A stretch of 64,000 nucleotides of DNA from positions 36,773 to 100,772 of the forward strand of contig CAZVYX010000016.1 in NCBI GenBank assembly GCA_964631725.1, given 5' to 3'. A model generated the notes under the pieces. That model was given only the letters and a program-made list of their open reading frames with translations, did not search any database and was not told the DNA's origin. The translations under genes were made by a program, and so were the position numbers. Within the stretch, counting starts at the first letter, position 1. Each line of letters starts with the position of its first letter. Of this stretch, positions 48,765 to 58,814 are shown piece after piece. The stretch comes from an uncultured Rhodospirillaceae bacterium (GTDB lineage Bacteria > Pseudomonadota > Alphaproteobacteria > GCA-2731375).

Positions 48765-48930
48765 TGCGGGACCTTCCCGGCGGCAGCACCGCCAGTGGCA
48801 TTTTCCCGTTTCCTCACCATTCACAGTTGCGGGGGCAGCGCCGGATTTTACGTCCCGAACTGACAGGGACGAAACACCGGCTTCCGCGCCACGGCTGGCG
48901 CAAACTAGCACGCATGACAGGCCCCGGCAA
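48765..48930 (-). ncRNA. Cobalamin (AdoCbl) riboswitch in the 5' leader of the cobW-cobN-cobO-cobQ operon
   Basis: The minus-strand sequence reads ...GCGCGGAAGCCGGTGTTTCGTCCCTGTCAGTTCGGGACGTAAAATCCGGCGCTGCCCCCGCAACTGTGAATGGTGAGGAAACGGGAAAATGCCACTGGCGGTGCTGCCGCCGGGAAGG... It contains the GAAGCCGGTG, AAAATCC, CCCCGCAACTGT, B12-box GCCACTG and GGGAAGG consensus elements in the canonical order. Confidence 0.75.
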
Positions 48931-49014
48931 TCGGCTAGCCGAATTGCCGCTGGCAATGTCTGTCGTGCCAGCGTAAAGCTAGGGGCAACATTGTTAAGCG
49001 TTTTGGATTTCCGA

Positions 49015-49731
49015 ATGTCTACAATTCTCGCCATGGGGTTCCTGTTGGGACTGCAGCACGCCATGGAGGCCGATCACGTTGCCGCCGTCGCGGCCCTGGC
49101 CGCCGGCAAGGGCCGGTTGCGCTGGGTGCTGCGCCACGGCCTGTTCTGGGGTCTGGGCCATGCCCTGGCGCTGGGCGCCTTTGCCGGCGCGGTCTTGTTG
49201 GCGCGGGGCAGCATACCGGAAGGGCTTGGCGCCGGCCTGGAGTTTGCCGTCGCGTGCATGCTGATCGCCCTGGGCACAATGGTGATTTGGCGGGTGGTGC
49301 GGGAACGCCTGCATTTTCATGTCCATCGCCATGCCGATGGCAAGATGCATTTCCACGCCCATAGCCATGCCGGCGAACGCCAGACCCACGATAGCAACCG
49401 CCACGAACATGGACACGGCGGCAGCGGTGTCCGGCGCAGCCTGGCCGTCGGTGTGATGCATGGCCTGGCGGGCTCCGCCGCGCTGATCGCCTTGGCGGGC
49501 CCGACACAGATGTTGGAAGGCATGGGTTTCGTCTTTCTGTTCGGTGCTGGATCCATTGCCGGCATGGTGTTGCTGTCTTCGGTCATTGCCCTGCCGTTAC
49601 TGTTGTCGGGCCGCGTGATGACGGGGCTGAACCGGGGTTTGCAGGCTGGTATCGGCGTTGTTTCAATCGCCATCGGCGGTTTCCACGCCCATGCCGGGGC
49701 GCCAGCGATGTTGGCCCTGCTGCAAGCGTGA
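49015..49731 (+). CDS. NicO-family nickel/cobalt transporter (RcnA-like) with a His-rich loop
   Basis: LQHAMEADHVAAV signature (HxxxxDH) in TM2. Central His-rich loop HFHVHRHADGKMHFHAHSHAGERQTHDSNRHEHGHGG. Six predicted TMs. Confidence 0.7.
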   Translation: MSTILAMGFLLGLQHAMEADHVAAVAALAAGKGRLRWVLRHGLFWGLGHALALGAFAGAVLLARGSIPEGLGAGLEFAVACMLIALGTMVIWRVVRERLHFHVHRHADGKMHFHAHSHAGERQTHDSNRHEHGHGGSGVRRSLAVGVMHGLAGSAALIALAGPTQMLEGMGFVFLFGAGSIAGMVLLSSVIALPLLLSGRVMTGLNRGLQAGIGVVSIAIGGFHAHAGAPAMLALLQA

Positions 49732-50714
49732 CACAGGTGCTGCCACGGCACGGCGGCGAGCCGCCGATCGGCGCGGCGGAGGACGGGTCGGAATGGCTGG
49801 ACCTGTCCACCGGCATCGCGCCGTTCGCCTATCCCTTTGCCCCGCCGCCGGAGCGCGTATGGCGCAATCTGCCCCGCCGGCGGCAGGAACAGGCCGCCCT
49901 ATGGGCGGCGGCGCGTTACTTCGGGCTGACGGGGATGGACGAAATCTGCCTTGGTCCCGGCTCCCAGGCGCTGTTGCAACTGTTGCCGGAGATTCTGCCC
50001 GCTGCTCCCGTCGCGGTCCTGGCGCCAACCTATAATGAGCATGCGCACCGTTGGTCCCACGCCGGCCATGGCGTGGAAGAGATATCGGCCATCGCGGATC
50101 TGCCCCAAACCTGCCGCTATGTCGTGGTGGTCAATCCGAACAATCCCAACGGTGCGGTCCAGGGGCGGCAAGAGTTGTCGCGGCTGGCGGACGAGATGGC
50201 GGCGCGGCAGGGATATCTGATCGTTGACGAAGCATTTTGCGATCTTCGGCCCGACGTCAGCATGGCGTCGGAGGCCGGGCGGCCAGGTCTGTTGGTTCTG
50301 CGCTCGTTCGGTAAGTTTTTCGGCTTGGCGGGCTTGCGTCTGGGCTTTCTGCTGGGACCGGCGCCATTGATTGCCACGGCGCGGGCACGCTTGGGGCCCT
50401 GGCCGGTCAACGGCCCTGCCTTGGATATCGCGGCCCAGGCCTATGGTGATGCGGCCTGGATCGCGGCGCACCGGACGGTCCTGGCCGGGCAGGCCGAGAA
50501 ACTGCGGCGGTTGTTGTCGGAGCATGGCGACATCCTTGGCGGTACGGATCTGTTTGTCCTGCTGCAATCGGATCGAAGCGCGGAGATCAATGCCCGTCTG
50601 GCCGAGGCCCGAATACACGTGCGCGATTTCGCGGAGCAAAAGACCTGGCTGCGTTTTGGCCTGCCCGGCGGTGATGCCGCCTGGGAACGTCTGCAACGGG
50701 CGCTCGGCGCCTGA
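49728..50714 (+). CDS. cobC: L-threonine-O-3-phosphate decarboxylase (class I/II aminotransferase fold), CobC/CobD
   Basis: PLP-enzyme fold with VVVVNPNNPNG...YLIVDEAF and a Lys in SFGKFFGLAGLRLG. GTG start overlapping the upstream stop. Confidence 0.7.
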   Translation: MTQVLPRHGGEPPIGAAEDGSEWLDLSTGIAPFAYPFAPPPERVWRNLPRRRQEQAALWAAARYFGLTGMDEICLGPGSQALLQLLPEILPAAPVAVLAPTYNEHAHRWSHAGHGVEEISAIADLPQTCRYVVVVNPNNPNGAVQGRQELSRLADEMAARQGYLIVDEAFCDLRPDVSMASEAGRPGLLVLRSFGKFFGLAGLRLGFLLGPAPLIATARARLGPWPVNGPALDIAAQAYGDAAWIAAHRTVLAGQAEKLRRLLSEHGDILGGTDLFVLLQSDRSAEINARLAEARIHVRDFAEQKTWLRFGLPGGDAAWERLQRALGA

Positions 50715-50722
50715 GCACCGGC

Positions 50723-51472
50723 ATGGCGGTTTCGGAAAATATTCTGCCGGCGGTTATTGGCCATCGGGGTGCTTGCGGCCATGCGCCGGAAAATACTCTG
50801 GCATCCCTGCGGGCCGCCGCCGCGCTGGGCGCTGGTTGGGTTGAGTTCGACGTCAAGCTGACCGCCGATGACAAGATGATCATACTGCACGACGATGATC
50901 TGGACCGTACCACGACCGGTTCCGGACCGGTGGCGGCGCGGGACCTGGCGGAAATCCGGAAACTCGACGCCGGCGTGTGGTTCGATGAATCCTTCCGGGG
51001 CGAAATGGTGCCGACCCTGGACGACTATCTTTCGGTCCTTCATGAGCTGCGCCTCGGCGCAGTGGTCGAGATTAAGCCGACCCCGGGGCGGGAAGTTGAG
51101 ACCGGACGATTGGTCGCGGCGCATCTGGCGGCGCACTGGCCCGGTGATCTGCCGGCGCCTCTGTTGTGCAGCTTCAAGCCGGCCTCGCTCGTCGCGGCGC
51201 GGGAGGCCGCGCCGGCGCTCGAGAGGGCCATTCTGTTGTCTTCGCCCGGGGACGATTGGCGCCGGATCGCCGAACAGGTCGGGGCGCCTGCCGTCCATTG
51301 CAACCATATGAATTTGACGAGAACCCGCGCGGCGGAGATTATCCAGGCCGGATTTGCCCTTCGCTGCTATACGGTCAACGAAAGGAACCGGGCATCAACC
51401 CTGTTCGACTGGGGCGTCGAAGGCGTTATCACGGACTATCCCGACCGGATGCCAACCCGCTCCAACATATAG
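50723..51472 (+). CDS. ugpQ: Glycerophosphodiester phosphodiesterase
   Basis: GDPD signature VIGHRGACGHAPENTLAS...EFDVKLTADDKMIILHD. Confidence 0.8.
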   Translation: MAVSENILPAVIGHRGACGHAPENTLASLRAAAALGAGWVEFDVKLTADDKMIILHDDDLDRTTTGSGPVAARDLAEIRKLDAGVWFDESFRGEMVPTLDDYLSVLHELRLGAVVEIKPTPGREVETGRLVAAHLAAHWPGDLPAPLLCSFKPASLVAAREAAPALERAILLSSPGDDWRRIAEQVGAPAVHCNHMNLTRTRAAEIIQAGFALRCYTVNERNRASTLFDWGVEGVITDYPDRMPTRSNI

Positions 51473-52965
51473 TCCGCAACCGCCGCCCGCTGCGCTTCAC
51501 TCAAGTGGATACCCGCCTTGCTGCGGCGCCACAGAATATCCTCACCGGTGCGGGCCCATTCCCGGTCGATCATATAGTCGACCTCGCATGCGGTAAGTCC
51601 GGCCCCGAAATCAATGCCAAAATCGGACGGTTGATGGCGGCCCGCCAAAACCTGCTCGCTCAAGCTGCCGTGCCGCCCCACTATCGATCGTAGCAGTGTT
51701 CGATCGAGCTGGGGGTACCGGCCCGCCAGTTGCTCCACAAAGGCCGCAACACCGCCGCCGGGCAGGTCGCCGCCCGGCAGCGGAGTATCTTTCGTCCAGG
51801 GCTCCGCCATGGCGGGAAAGAAGGGTTTCAGATCGGACAGAGCTTCCTCGGCCAGCTTCCGGTAGGTGGTGATCTTGCCGCCGAAAACCGATAGCAACGG
51901 CGCTTCGCCCGCCCCGTGATCCAGGTTGAGAACGTAATCGCGGGTAACGGCCGATGGGTCCTCCGCCTCGTCATCGAACAGCGGTCTGACGCCGGCGTAG
52001 GACCAGATGACATCCGACGGTTCGACCGGCGCCGTGAAATAGCTGCTGACCACGTTGCACAGATAGGCAATCTCATCTTCCGACACGGCAGCTTCACCGG
52101 GCTTGCCGTCGTGCAAGACATCGGTGGTGCCGATCAAGGAAAACTGCGCTTCGAACGGGATAACGAACACCACCCGCCGGTCGGCATGTTGCAGAAGATA
52201 GGCATGGTCGCCCTCCGATAGACGGGGGACGACAATATGGCTGCCTTTGACCAGCCGCACGCCATGATTGCTGGCAAGGCCGAGTTGCTGTTGCAGCAGG
52301 CTTTCAACCCAGGGCCCGGCGGCATTGACCAGGGCGCGCCCGCGCACCACGCTCTCGACGCCGCTGGCTTTCTCCCGCAAGAGCGCCCGCCACAAGCCAT
52401 CCTCCCGCCGGGCTTCGACCAGTTCCGTCCGGGTGCGGATGTCCGCACCCTTGTCGGCGGCCGCCATGGCATTGAAAAGTACCAGCCGCGCATCATCGAC
52501 CCAGCAATCGGAATAGATGAAGCCCTTCCGGAGATCGCTGTTCAGGGGCGCCCCGGCGGCATGACCGCGCAGATTGACGCCATGGGAATTGGCCAGCCGC
52601 GGATGACGCGCCAGATGATCATAGAAAAACAGGCCCATGCGGATCAGCCAGGCCGGGCGCACGGTATGGGTATGCGGCAGGACAAAACGCAAAGGCCGGA
52701 TAATATGCGGCGCCTTCGCCAGCAGCACCTCCCGCTCGATCAACGCCTTGCGCACCAAGCCGAACTCAAAATGTTCCAGATAGCGCAGGCCGCCATGGAT
52801 CATCTTGCTGCTGGCGGATGACGTCGCGCTGGCCAGATCATCCATTTCACAGAGCAATACGGACAGTTGCCGGCCCGCTGCGTCGCAGGCGATGCCAGCG
52901 CCGTTGATGCCGCCGCCAACGACAATCAGATCCCAAATGTGCTCGTTCACGGTCATGTTTTCCAC
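51436..52965 (-). CDS. glpD: FAD-dependent glycerol-3-phosphate dehydrogenase
   Basis: DLIVVGGGINGAGIA FAD-binding motif and a GlpD family C-terminal domain. Confidence 0.85.
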   Translation of the reverse strand: MENMTVNEHIWDLIVVGGGINGAGIACDAAGRQLSVLLCEMDDLASATSSASSKMIHGGLRYLEHFEFGLVRKALIEREVLLAKAPHIIRPLRFVLPHTHTVRPAWLIRMGLFFYDHLARHPRLANSHGVNLRGHAAGAPLNSDLRKGFIYSDCWVDDARLVLFNAMAAADKGADIRTRTELVEARREDGLWRALLREKASGVESVVRGRALVNAAGPWVESLLQQQLGLASNHGVRLVKGSHIVVPRLSEGDHAYLLQHADRRVVFVIPFEAQFSLIGTTDVLHDGKPGEAAVSEDEIAYLCNVVSSYFTAPVEPSDVIWSYAGVRPLFDDEAEDPSAVTRDYVLNLDHGAGEAPLLSVFGGKITTYRKLAEEALSDLKPFFPAMAEPWTKDTPLPGGDLPGGGVAAFVEQLAGRYPQLDRTLLRSIVGRHGSLSEQVLAGRHQPSDFGIDFGAGLTACEVDYMIDREWARTGEDILWRRSKAGIHLSEAQRAAVADYMLERVGIRSG

Positions 52966-53016
52966 CGGCGCCGCCAGGCTGGCATGCGTTTTAGCACGCC
53001 CGCCGTCACATTTGAT

Positions 53017-54027
53017 CTATCGCAGGTGACAGGATACCACGTGGCCGGGACCAAATTCCTTGAGCTGCGGCACGTCAACGGTGCAGTGTGCTTCGGCATA
53101 GGGGCAGCGGGTGTGGAAGTGGCAGCCTGACGGCGGCTTGATCGGGCTGGGAACGTCGCCCTGAAGGATGGTTTTCTTGCGCCTGATTGTCGGATCGGGA
53201 ATGGGTACCGCCGACAGCAGCGCTTCGGTGTAAGGGTGCTGCGGATTGGTAAAAAGGGTCTTCTTATCGGTGTATTCAACAATCCGGCCCAGATACATCA
53301 CCGCGATCCGGTCGCTGATATGCTCGACCACCGCCAGATCATGGGCAATGAACAGGTAGGAGAGGTTGAATTCCGCCTGCAGATCCATCAGCAAATTGAT
53401 CACCTGGGCCTGGATCGAAACATCCAGGGCCGAAACCGGCTCATCGCCAATGATCACTTTAGGATTTAGGGCCAGGGCGCGGGCGATGCCGATGCGTTGG
53501 CGTTGGCCGCCGGAGAATTCGTGCGGGAAACTTTCCAATTGCGCCTGGCGCAGGCCAACCCGTTCGAACAGCTCCGCCGTCTGCTCCTTGCGTTCGGCCG
53601 GCGTGCCGATGCCATGGACCCGCAGCATTTCCTCGACAATGCCGCCCGCCGTCATGCGTGGGTTCAACGAGGAATAGGGATCCTGAAAGATAATCTGCAT
53701 CTCGCGCCGGACCGGGCGCATATCGGTCTTGCTTAGATGCGTGATGTCGCGGCCATTCAGCTTGATGCTGCCATCGGTTGGGTCCAACAGGCGCAGGACG
53801 GTGCGGCCGACGGTCGATTTGCCGCAACCGCTTTCTCCGACCAGGCCCAGGGTTTCGCCCTGGTTGATATGAAAGCTGACGCCATCGACGGCATAAACCT
53901 TGCCGCTGTCCCGCGACAGCAACCCCTTGCTGATGGGGAAGTGTTTCTTCAGATCAATGACGTCCAGCAACGGCGCTTCGTTCCCGTTCCCCGATGCCTG
54001 GGCCGAGGTCTTAGCGGGTTCAGTCAT
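53017..54027 (-). CDS. dppF: Peptide ABC transporter ATP-binding protein
   Basis: Walker [13 protein letters not shown] signature LSGGQRQR, C-terminal oligopeptide-transporter Cys motif. Start ATG at 54027 preceded by GGAGG; overlaps the dppD stop. Confidence 0.85.
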   Translation of the reverse strand: MTEPAKTSAQASGNGNEAPLLDVIDLKKHFPISKGLLSRDSGKVYAVDGVSFHINQGETLGLVGESGCGKSTVGRTVLRLLDPTDGSIKLNGRDITHLSKTDMRPVRREMQIIFQDPYSSLNPRMTAGGIVEEMLRVHGIGTPAERKEQTAELFERVGLRQAQLESFPHEFSGGQRQRIGIARALALNPKVIIGDEPVSALDVSIQAQVINLLMDLQAEFNLSYLFIAHDLAVVEHISDRIAVMYLGRIVEYTDKKTLFTNPQHPYTEALLSAVPIPDPTIRRKKTILQGDVPSPIKPPSGCHFHTRCPYAEAHCTVDVPQLKEFGPGHVVSCHLR

Positions 54028-55099
54028 TCCCACCTCCATACAAGCGGTCGGAATGCCAGCAGGCGGCCCAATGTCCGGGCCGCTTTTCCTCATAGTTCGG
54101 ATACTCCGCGCGGCACCGCTCATCGGCGAATTTGCAGCGCGGCGCGAAGGCGCAACCGGGCGGCAGATCATTCAGGGGCGGCACGATGCCGGGGATCTCC
54201 TCCAGCCGCTCGGCCAGATGGCTCTGGTCGGCCTGATCCTCGCCGGCCATGATTGCCAGTTGCGGCACCGAGGCCATCAGGCCGCGGGTGTAAGGATGCA
54301 TGGGCTCGGCGAACAGCGGTTCCACGTCCGCCTCTTCAACCTTGCGGCCGGCGTACATCACGACGACCCGCTTGGCGGTTTCCGCAACCACGCCCAGATC
54401 ATGGGTTATCAGGATCACCGCCGTGCCCAGTTCCTGCTGCAGGCGCAGGATCAGATCCAGGATCTGCGCCTGGATGGTCACGTCCAGCGCCGTGGTCGGT
54501 TCGTCCGCGATTAGCACTTTCGGGTTGCAGGCCAAGGCCATGGCGATCATCGCCCGTTGCCGCATGCCGCCCGATAGCTGGTGGGGATACTCCTTGGCAC
54601 GCTGCGCCGGTTCGGGGATCTTGACCAGATCCAACATCTCCACCGCCCGTTCCAAAGCCTGGGCCTTGGAATAGTCCTGATGCAGGATCAGGGCCTCGGC
54701 AATTTGATAGCCGATGGTCAGCACCGGGTTGAGCGAGGTCATCGGCTCCTGAAAAATCATCGAGATGTCGTTGCCGCGGATGTCCCGCATCTCGGCTTCG
54801 CTCAAGGCCAGAAGATCATCGCCATCCAATTTCACCTGGCCGCCGATAATCCGGCCGGGAGGCTCGGGCACCAGACGCATGACCGAGAGGGCGGTGATGG
54901 ACTTGCCGCAACCGGACTCGCCGACGATACCCAGGGTTTCGCCCTTGCGTAGATAGAACGAGACGCCGTCCACAGCCTTCACGACGCCCTGGCGCGTGAA
55001 GAAATAGGTTTGCAGGCCATCCACTTCCAAGGCCAGTTCATCGGCTTGGGGTTCCACTCGCGCGGCAGTATTCAGGTCCTGATTCGCCATGTCTGTCAT
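54020..55099 (-). CDS. dppD: Peptide ABC transporter ATP-binding protein
   Basis: Walker [17 protein letters not shown], OppD/DppD-type C-terminal domain. Confidence 0.85.
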   Translation of the reverse strand: MTDMANQDLNTAARVEPQADELALEVDGLQTYFFTRQGVVKAVDGVSFYLRKGETLGIVGESGCGKSITALSVMRLVPEPPGRIIGGQVKLDGDDLLALSEAEMRDIRGNDISMIFQEPMTSLNPVLTIGYQIAEALILHQDYSKAQALERAVEMLDLVKIPEPAQRAKEYPHQLSGGMRQRAMIAMALACNPKVLIADEPTTALDVTIQAQILDLILRLQQELGTAVILITHDLGVVAETAKRVVVMYAGRKVEEADVEPLFAEPMHPYTRGLMASVPQLAIMAGEDQADQSHLAERLEEIPGIVPPLNDLPPGCAFAPRCKFADERCRAEYPNYEEKRPGHWAACWHSDRLYGGGND

Positions 55100-55110
55100 G
55101 CTGCCGCCGC

Positions 55111-56004
55111 CTAACTGCGCTGTCTTGGATCAAGGATATCGCGCAGGGCATCGCCAAACAGATTGGCGCCGAACACGGCGAGGGAGATCGCCAGACCGGG
55201 AAAGATCACCAGCCAGGGTGCGACACGGACATACTCGGCGGCAGATTCCGACAACATGCGGCCCCAGGACGGATGCGGTTCCGGTACGCCGAGCCCGAGA
55301 AAGGACAGCGAGGCCTCAACCAGTATCGCGGCGCCAAGCTGCGCCGTGAACAAGACGATCAAGGGCGCCAGTATATTGGGCAAGACATGACGCAGCGCCA
55401 CGCGCATTTCGCTCATCCCCGCCGCCCGCGCCGCCTCGACGAAGGGCATTTCGCGCAATGACAGGGTGGAGGAGCGCACCACACGCGCCACGTTCGGCAC
55501 CAAGGGAATGGAAATGGCGAAAACCGTGTTCTCCAGCGATGGGCCCAACGAGGCCGCCATCACCAGGGCCAGCACCAACAGCGGCAACGCCTGCATGATG
55601 TCGATCAGGCGCTGCATCAGAAGGTCGAACCAACCCATCAGATAGCCCGACATCAAACCAATAAGGACGCCGATGAAGCCGCCCAGCATGATCGAGGCGA
55701 CACCCACTGTCAGGGAAATCCGTGCGCCGTGGATAATCCGGCTCAACATGTCCCGCCCCATCATGTCGGCGCCCATGACGAACTCGGCGTTCGGCGCAAG
55801 GAGGGAAGCGGAAGCCTTGGTTTGCAGCGGATCATGCGGTGCGAGGACGTCGGCGAATATGGCCGAGAATATGAAGATCACCATGATCACGGCGCCGATG
55901 GCACCCAGGGGATAGCGCCGGGCATAGAACATGGTCTTGTCCCAGCGGGTCGAGACATGTGCACCGGCTTTGATCAGTTCGGCCTGATGGTCGATATCAG
56001 CCAT
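55111..56004 (-). CDS. dppC: Peptide ABC transporter permease
   Basis: BPD-transporter permease fold with an EAA-like motif. Follows dppB. Confidence 0.85.
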   Translation of the reverse strand: MADIDHQAELIKAGAHVSTRWDKTMFYARRYPLGAIGAVIMVIFIFSAIFADVLAPHDPLQTKASASLLAPNAEFVMGADMMGRDMLSRIIHGARISLTVGVASIMLGGFIGVLIGLMSGYLMGWFDLLMQRLIDIMQALPLLVLALVMAASLGPSLENTVFAISIPLVPNVARVVRSSTLSLREMPFVEAARAAGMSEMRVALRHVLPNILAPLIVLFTAQLGAAILVEASLSFLGLGVPEPHPSWGRMLSESAAEYVRVAPWLVIFPGLAISLAVFGANLFGDALRDILDPRQRS

Positions 56005-56033
56005 TTCCGCCGTCCTTTGCTAATCTATGTGCG

Positions 56034-56981
56034 CTAGTCGGCATATTTAATCCTCGGGTCCAGCACCGCGTACAGCAGATCGACCAAGAAGTTGATCAAC
56101 ACCGTGACCAAGGCAATCAGCATCACCAGGTTTTGCACGATCGGGTAATCGCGCATCAGGATCGCCTCGACCAGGAAATGCGCCACGCCGGGAATATTGA
56201 AGACGGTCTCGGTTATGATCAGGCCGCCGATCAGGAACGCCGCCTCGATCCCAATAATCGTGGTCACGGGCAGCACCGCGTTCTTTAGGGCATGGTGATA
56301 GTTGACGGAATTGTCCGATGCACCCTTGGAGCGTGCCGTGCGAATATAGTCCTGGCGCATGACCTCCAACATCGATGATCGGGTCAAGCGCATGATCAGG
56401 GCCGAGGAGCGGAAACCCACCGCCGCCGCCGGGATCGAGTACAGCACCAGTTCATCCCACAGGTTTTCCGGCGGATCCATATAAATTGGGATATCGCCCA
56501 GGTAGGTTACGAAGAACATCAGGATCAGCAGCGCCAGCCAGAATGACGGCAGGGACAGACCGCTTAGGGAGATGACCCGAAGGGTGTAATCAAGGGCGGT
56601 ATCCTGCTTGACGGCACAGATAACGCCCAGGGGCAGCCCGAACAGGACGGAAAAGCCCAGGGCCAGGACCGCCAGTTTTGCCGTTATGGGAATACGCGGG
56701 CCGAGTTCGTCGATCGCCGGCATTTCCGAGACATAGGAAAAGCCCAGATCCCAAACCAACAGCCCCTTGATCCAATGGTAATATTGCACCGGTATGGGCA
56801 GATCCAGGCCGAGTTCCTTTTCGATCTGTGCTTTTTCCGCCGGATCAACGAAGCCGGCGGAATCGAACATGATGTCGGCGATATTGCCCGGCATCAGCCG
56901 CAACAGCACGAAGATGATGATGGATATCCCGACCAGGGTCAGGACCATCAAGAGAAAGCGTTTGACTAAGTAAGAGCCCAA
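56034..56981 (-). CDS. dppB: Peptide ABC transporter permease
   Basis: DppB/OppB-type permease (MGSYLVKRFLLMVLTLVGISIIIF...). Confidence 0.85.
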   Translation of the reverse strand: MGSYLVKRFLLMVLTLVGISIIIFVLLRLMPGNIADIMFDSAGFVDPAEKAQIEKELGLDLPIPVQYYHWIKGLLVWDLGFSYVSEMPAIDELGPRIPITAKLAVLALGFSVLFGLPLGVICAVKQDTALDYTLRVISLSGLSLPSFWLALLILMFFVTYLGDIPIYMDPPENLWDELVLYSIPAAAVGFRSSALIMRLTRSSMLEVMRQDYIRTARSKGASDNSVNYHHALKNAVLPVTTIIGIEAAFLIGGLIITETVFNIPGVAHFLVEAILMRDYPIVQNLVMLIALVTVLINFLVDLLYAVLDPRIKYAD

Positions 56982-57009
56982 TTTCTATCCCGCCCACACC
57001 AGGAATTTA

Positions 57010-57064
57010 GCTGTCAAAAAAATACACAAAAAATAAAGGAACTCTGGCCGGTCAAGCCGACCGG
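57010..57064 (-). terminator. Intrinsic terminator/attenuator hairpin between dppA and dppB
   Basis: Minus-strand mRNA: CCGGUCGGCUUGACCGG followed by a U-rich tract (UUCCUUUAUUUUUUGUGUAUUUUUUUG). This is a typical stem-loop after a substrate-binding-protein gene in ABC operons. Confidence 0.4.
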
Positions 57065-57121
57065 GACGACGCCACGAATATCTTCGCGGGCCGCCCCGGC
57101 GATTGGCCAACAGGCTTGGAT

Positions 57122-58720
57122 CTACTTGTCCATCCAGACGTCTTCCATGCGCCAGTTGTTATAAAGACTGTTCACATGGGTGACGAAGCCCTTGACATAA
57201 GGCTGCTTGCACTGCGCCGCCTTGCCGTGGAAAATCATCGGCCGGGCCGCATCCTCTTGCAGCTTTTTGTCAATTTCCCAGACCAGCTTCTTACGTGCTT
57301 CCTGGTCTTCCATCATGGACTGCTTCTTGAACAACGCCTCCATTTCCGGCTTGCAGTAGCCCGTGTAGTTGCGCTGCGAGCCGCAGGAATAGTTCTCGTA
57401 GAAGTTGGCATCCGGATCATCAACACCGATGCCGGTCAGGTTCAGGCCGACCATGTAGTCCTTGCGGGCCACCTTGGCATGCCAGTTGCTGGTTTCAACT
57501 GTATCCAGCGTGGCGTCGATGTAGATCTCCTTCATGTGATCGATCAGGATCACCGCCGCGTCACGGTAAACCGCGATATTGCGGGTCGATACCTTGACCT
57601 CTAGCCGGTTGTTCGAACCATAACCAAGGCCTTCCATGATCTTCCGTGCCTTGGCGCGGTTGCCCGCGACATCCGGGTCATAACCGGCGACAGTCTTCAG
57701 GAACTCGGGCGGCATGCCCCAGACACCTTCCGGCGGCGGCATCATCGCCCCGCCCTGTACGGTCTGACCATGGCCCAAAATATCGATGAAGGCCTGCCGG
57801 TCAATGGAAAACACCATGGCCTTGCGGATTTTGGCATTGTCGAACGGTGGCTTGGCCTGATTGACGATCAGGTTGGTGCTGACATTTGTCGTCACCAGAT
57901 CACAGACCGCGTGCGGTGCCTGCGCCTTCACGTCCTTCAACAGCGGAATGGTCACATCCACATTAAAGGTGAAGTCGAATTTGCCGGCGATAAAGGCCAG
58001 AACCCTGGTCGAACGGCTTTTGATAATGGTCCAGTCGACGCCGTCCAGATGAGGCTTGCCCTTTTTCCAATAGTTCTCGTTCTTCCTGAACTTCACATGT
58101 TCGTTCTGCTTCAGGCTGACGAACTTGAAGGGCCCGGTGCCGATGGGATGGGTTCGCATCTTTTTCGGCGGCACATGGCAGGGATAGACCGGCGAATAGC
58201 CACTCGCCAGCAGTGCCACGAACGCGGGCTGCTTGCGTTTCAGATGGAAGGTCGCCTGGTAGTCGTTATCGGCGGTCACCTTGTCGAGGTTCTTGTACCA
58301 GGCCTTGCGCGGGTTCTTGCGCAGTTTGGCCTTGCCCTTGCCCTGCACCAGATTCCAGGTGCAGACCACATCCTTGGCGGAGAAGGGTTTGCCGTCGTGG
58401 AATTTCACGCCCTTGCGCAGGGTGAAGGTCAGCTTGGTATTATCATCGTTCCAGGCCCACTTGGTGGCCAAGTCGGGAACGATGGTGTCCAGGCTTTCGA
58501 TGGCTATGGCTTGATCATACATGATCAGATTGTTGTACACGCCCATATATGGCGCGACGGTTGAGTTCGTGGCTTCTTCATGGATCGAGCCACTGGGCGG
58601 GGTGCCACGGTGATAGGCCTTTAGAATACCACCGTTCTTTTGCGCCAGGGCCGCTTCGGCGGAGAGCATCAGACCAACCATCGAAACCGCGGACGCAATT
58701 GTAAAGAGTCTACGCTGCAT
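57122..58720 (-). CDS. dppA: Periplasmic peptide-binding protein (SBP family 5)
   Basis: Signal peptide MQRRLFTIASAVSMVGLMLSAEAALA and full-length family 5 SBP. Confidence 0.85.
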   Translation of the reverse strand: MQRRLFTIASAVSMVGLMLSAEAALAQKNGGILKAYHRGTPPSGSIHEEATNSTVAPYMGVYNNLIMYDQAIAIESLDTIVPDLATKWAWNDDNTKLTFTLRKGVKFHDGKPFSAKDVVCTWNLVQGKGKAKLRKNPRKAWYKNLDKVTADNDYQATFHLKRKQPAFVALLASGYSPVYPCHVPPKKMRTHPIGTGPFKFVSLKQNEHVKFRKNENYWKKGKPHLDGVDWTIIKSRSTRVLAFIAGKFDFTFNVDVTIPLLKDVKAQAPHAVCDLVTTNVSTNLIVNQAKPPFDNAKIRKAMVFSIDRQAFIDILGHGQTVQGGAMMPPPEGVWGMPPEFLKTVAGYDPDVAGNRAKARKIMEGLGYGSNNRLEVKVSTRNIAVYRDAAVILIDHMKEIYIDATLDTVETSNWHAKVARKDYMVGLNLTGIGVDDPDANFYENYSCGSQRNYTGYCKPEMEALFKKQSMMEDQEARKKLVWEIDKKLQEDAARPMIFHGKAAQCKQPYVKGFVTHVNSLYNNWRMEDVWMDK

Positions 58721-58814
58721 TACAGTCCTCCCTTATTGGTTTTATGAATTCAGGGAGGAGTATGCGCAAACAATCTGATTATGCCAAGTGATCCTTATTG
58801 TGACGGTGGTGCCG

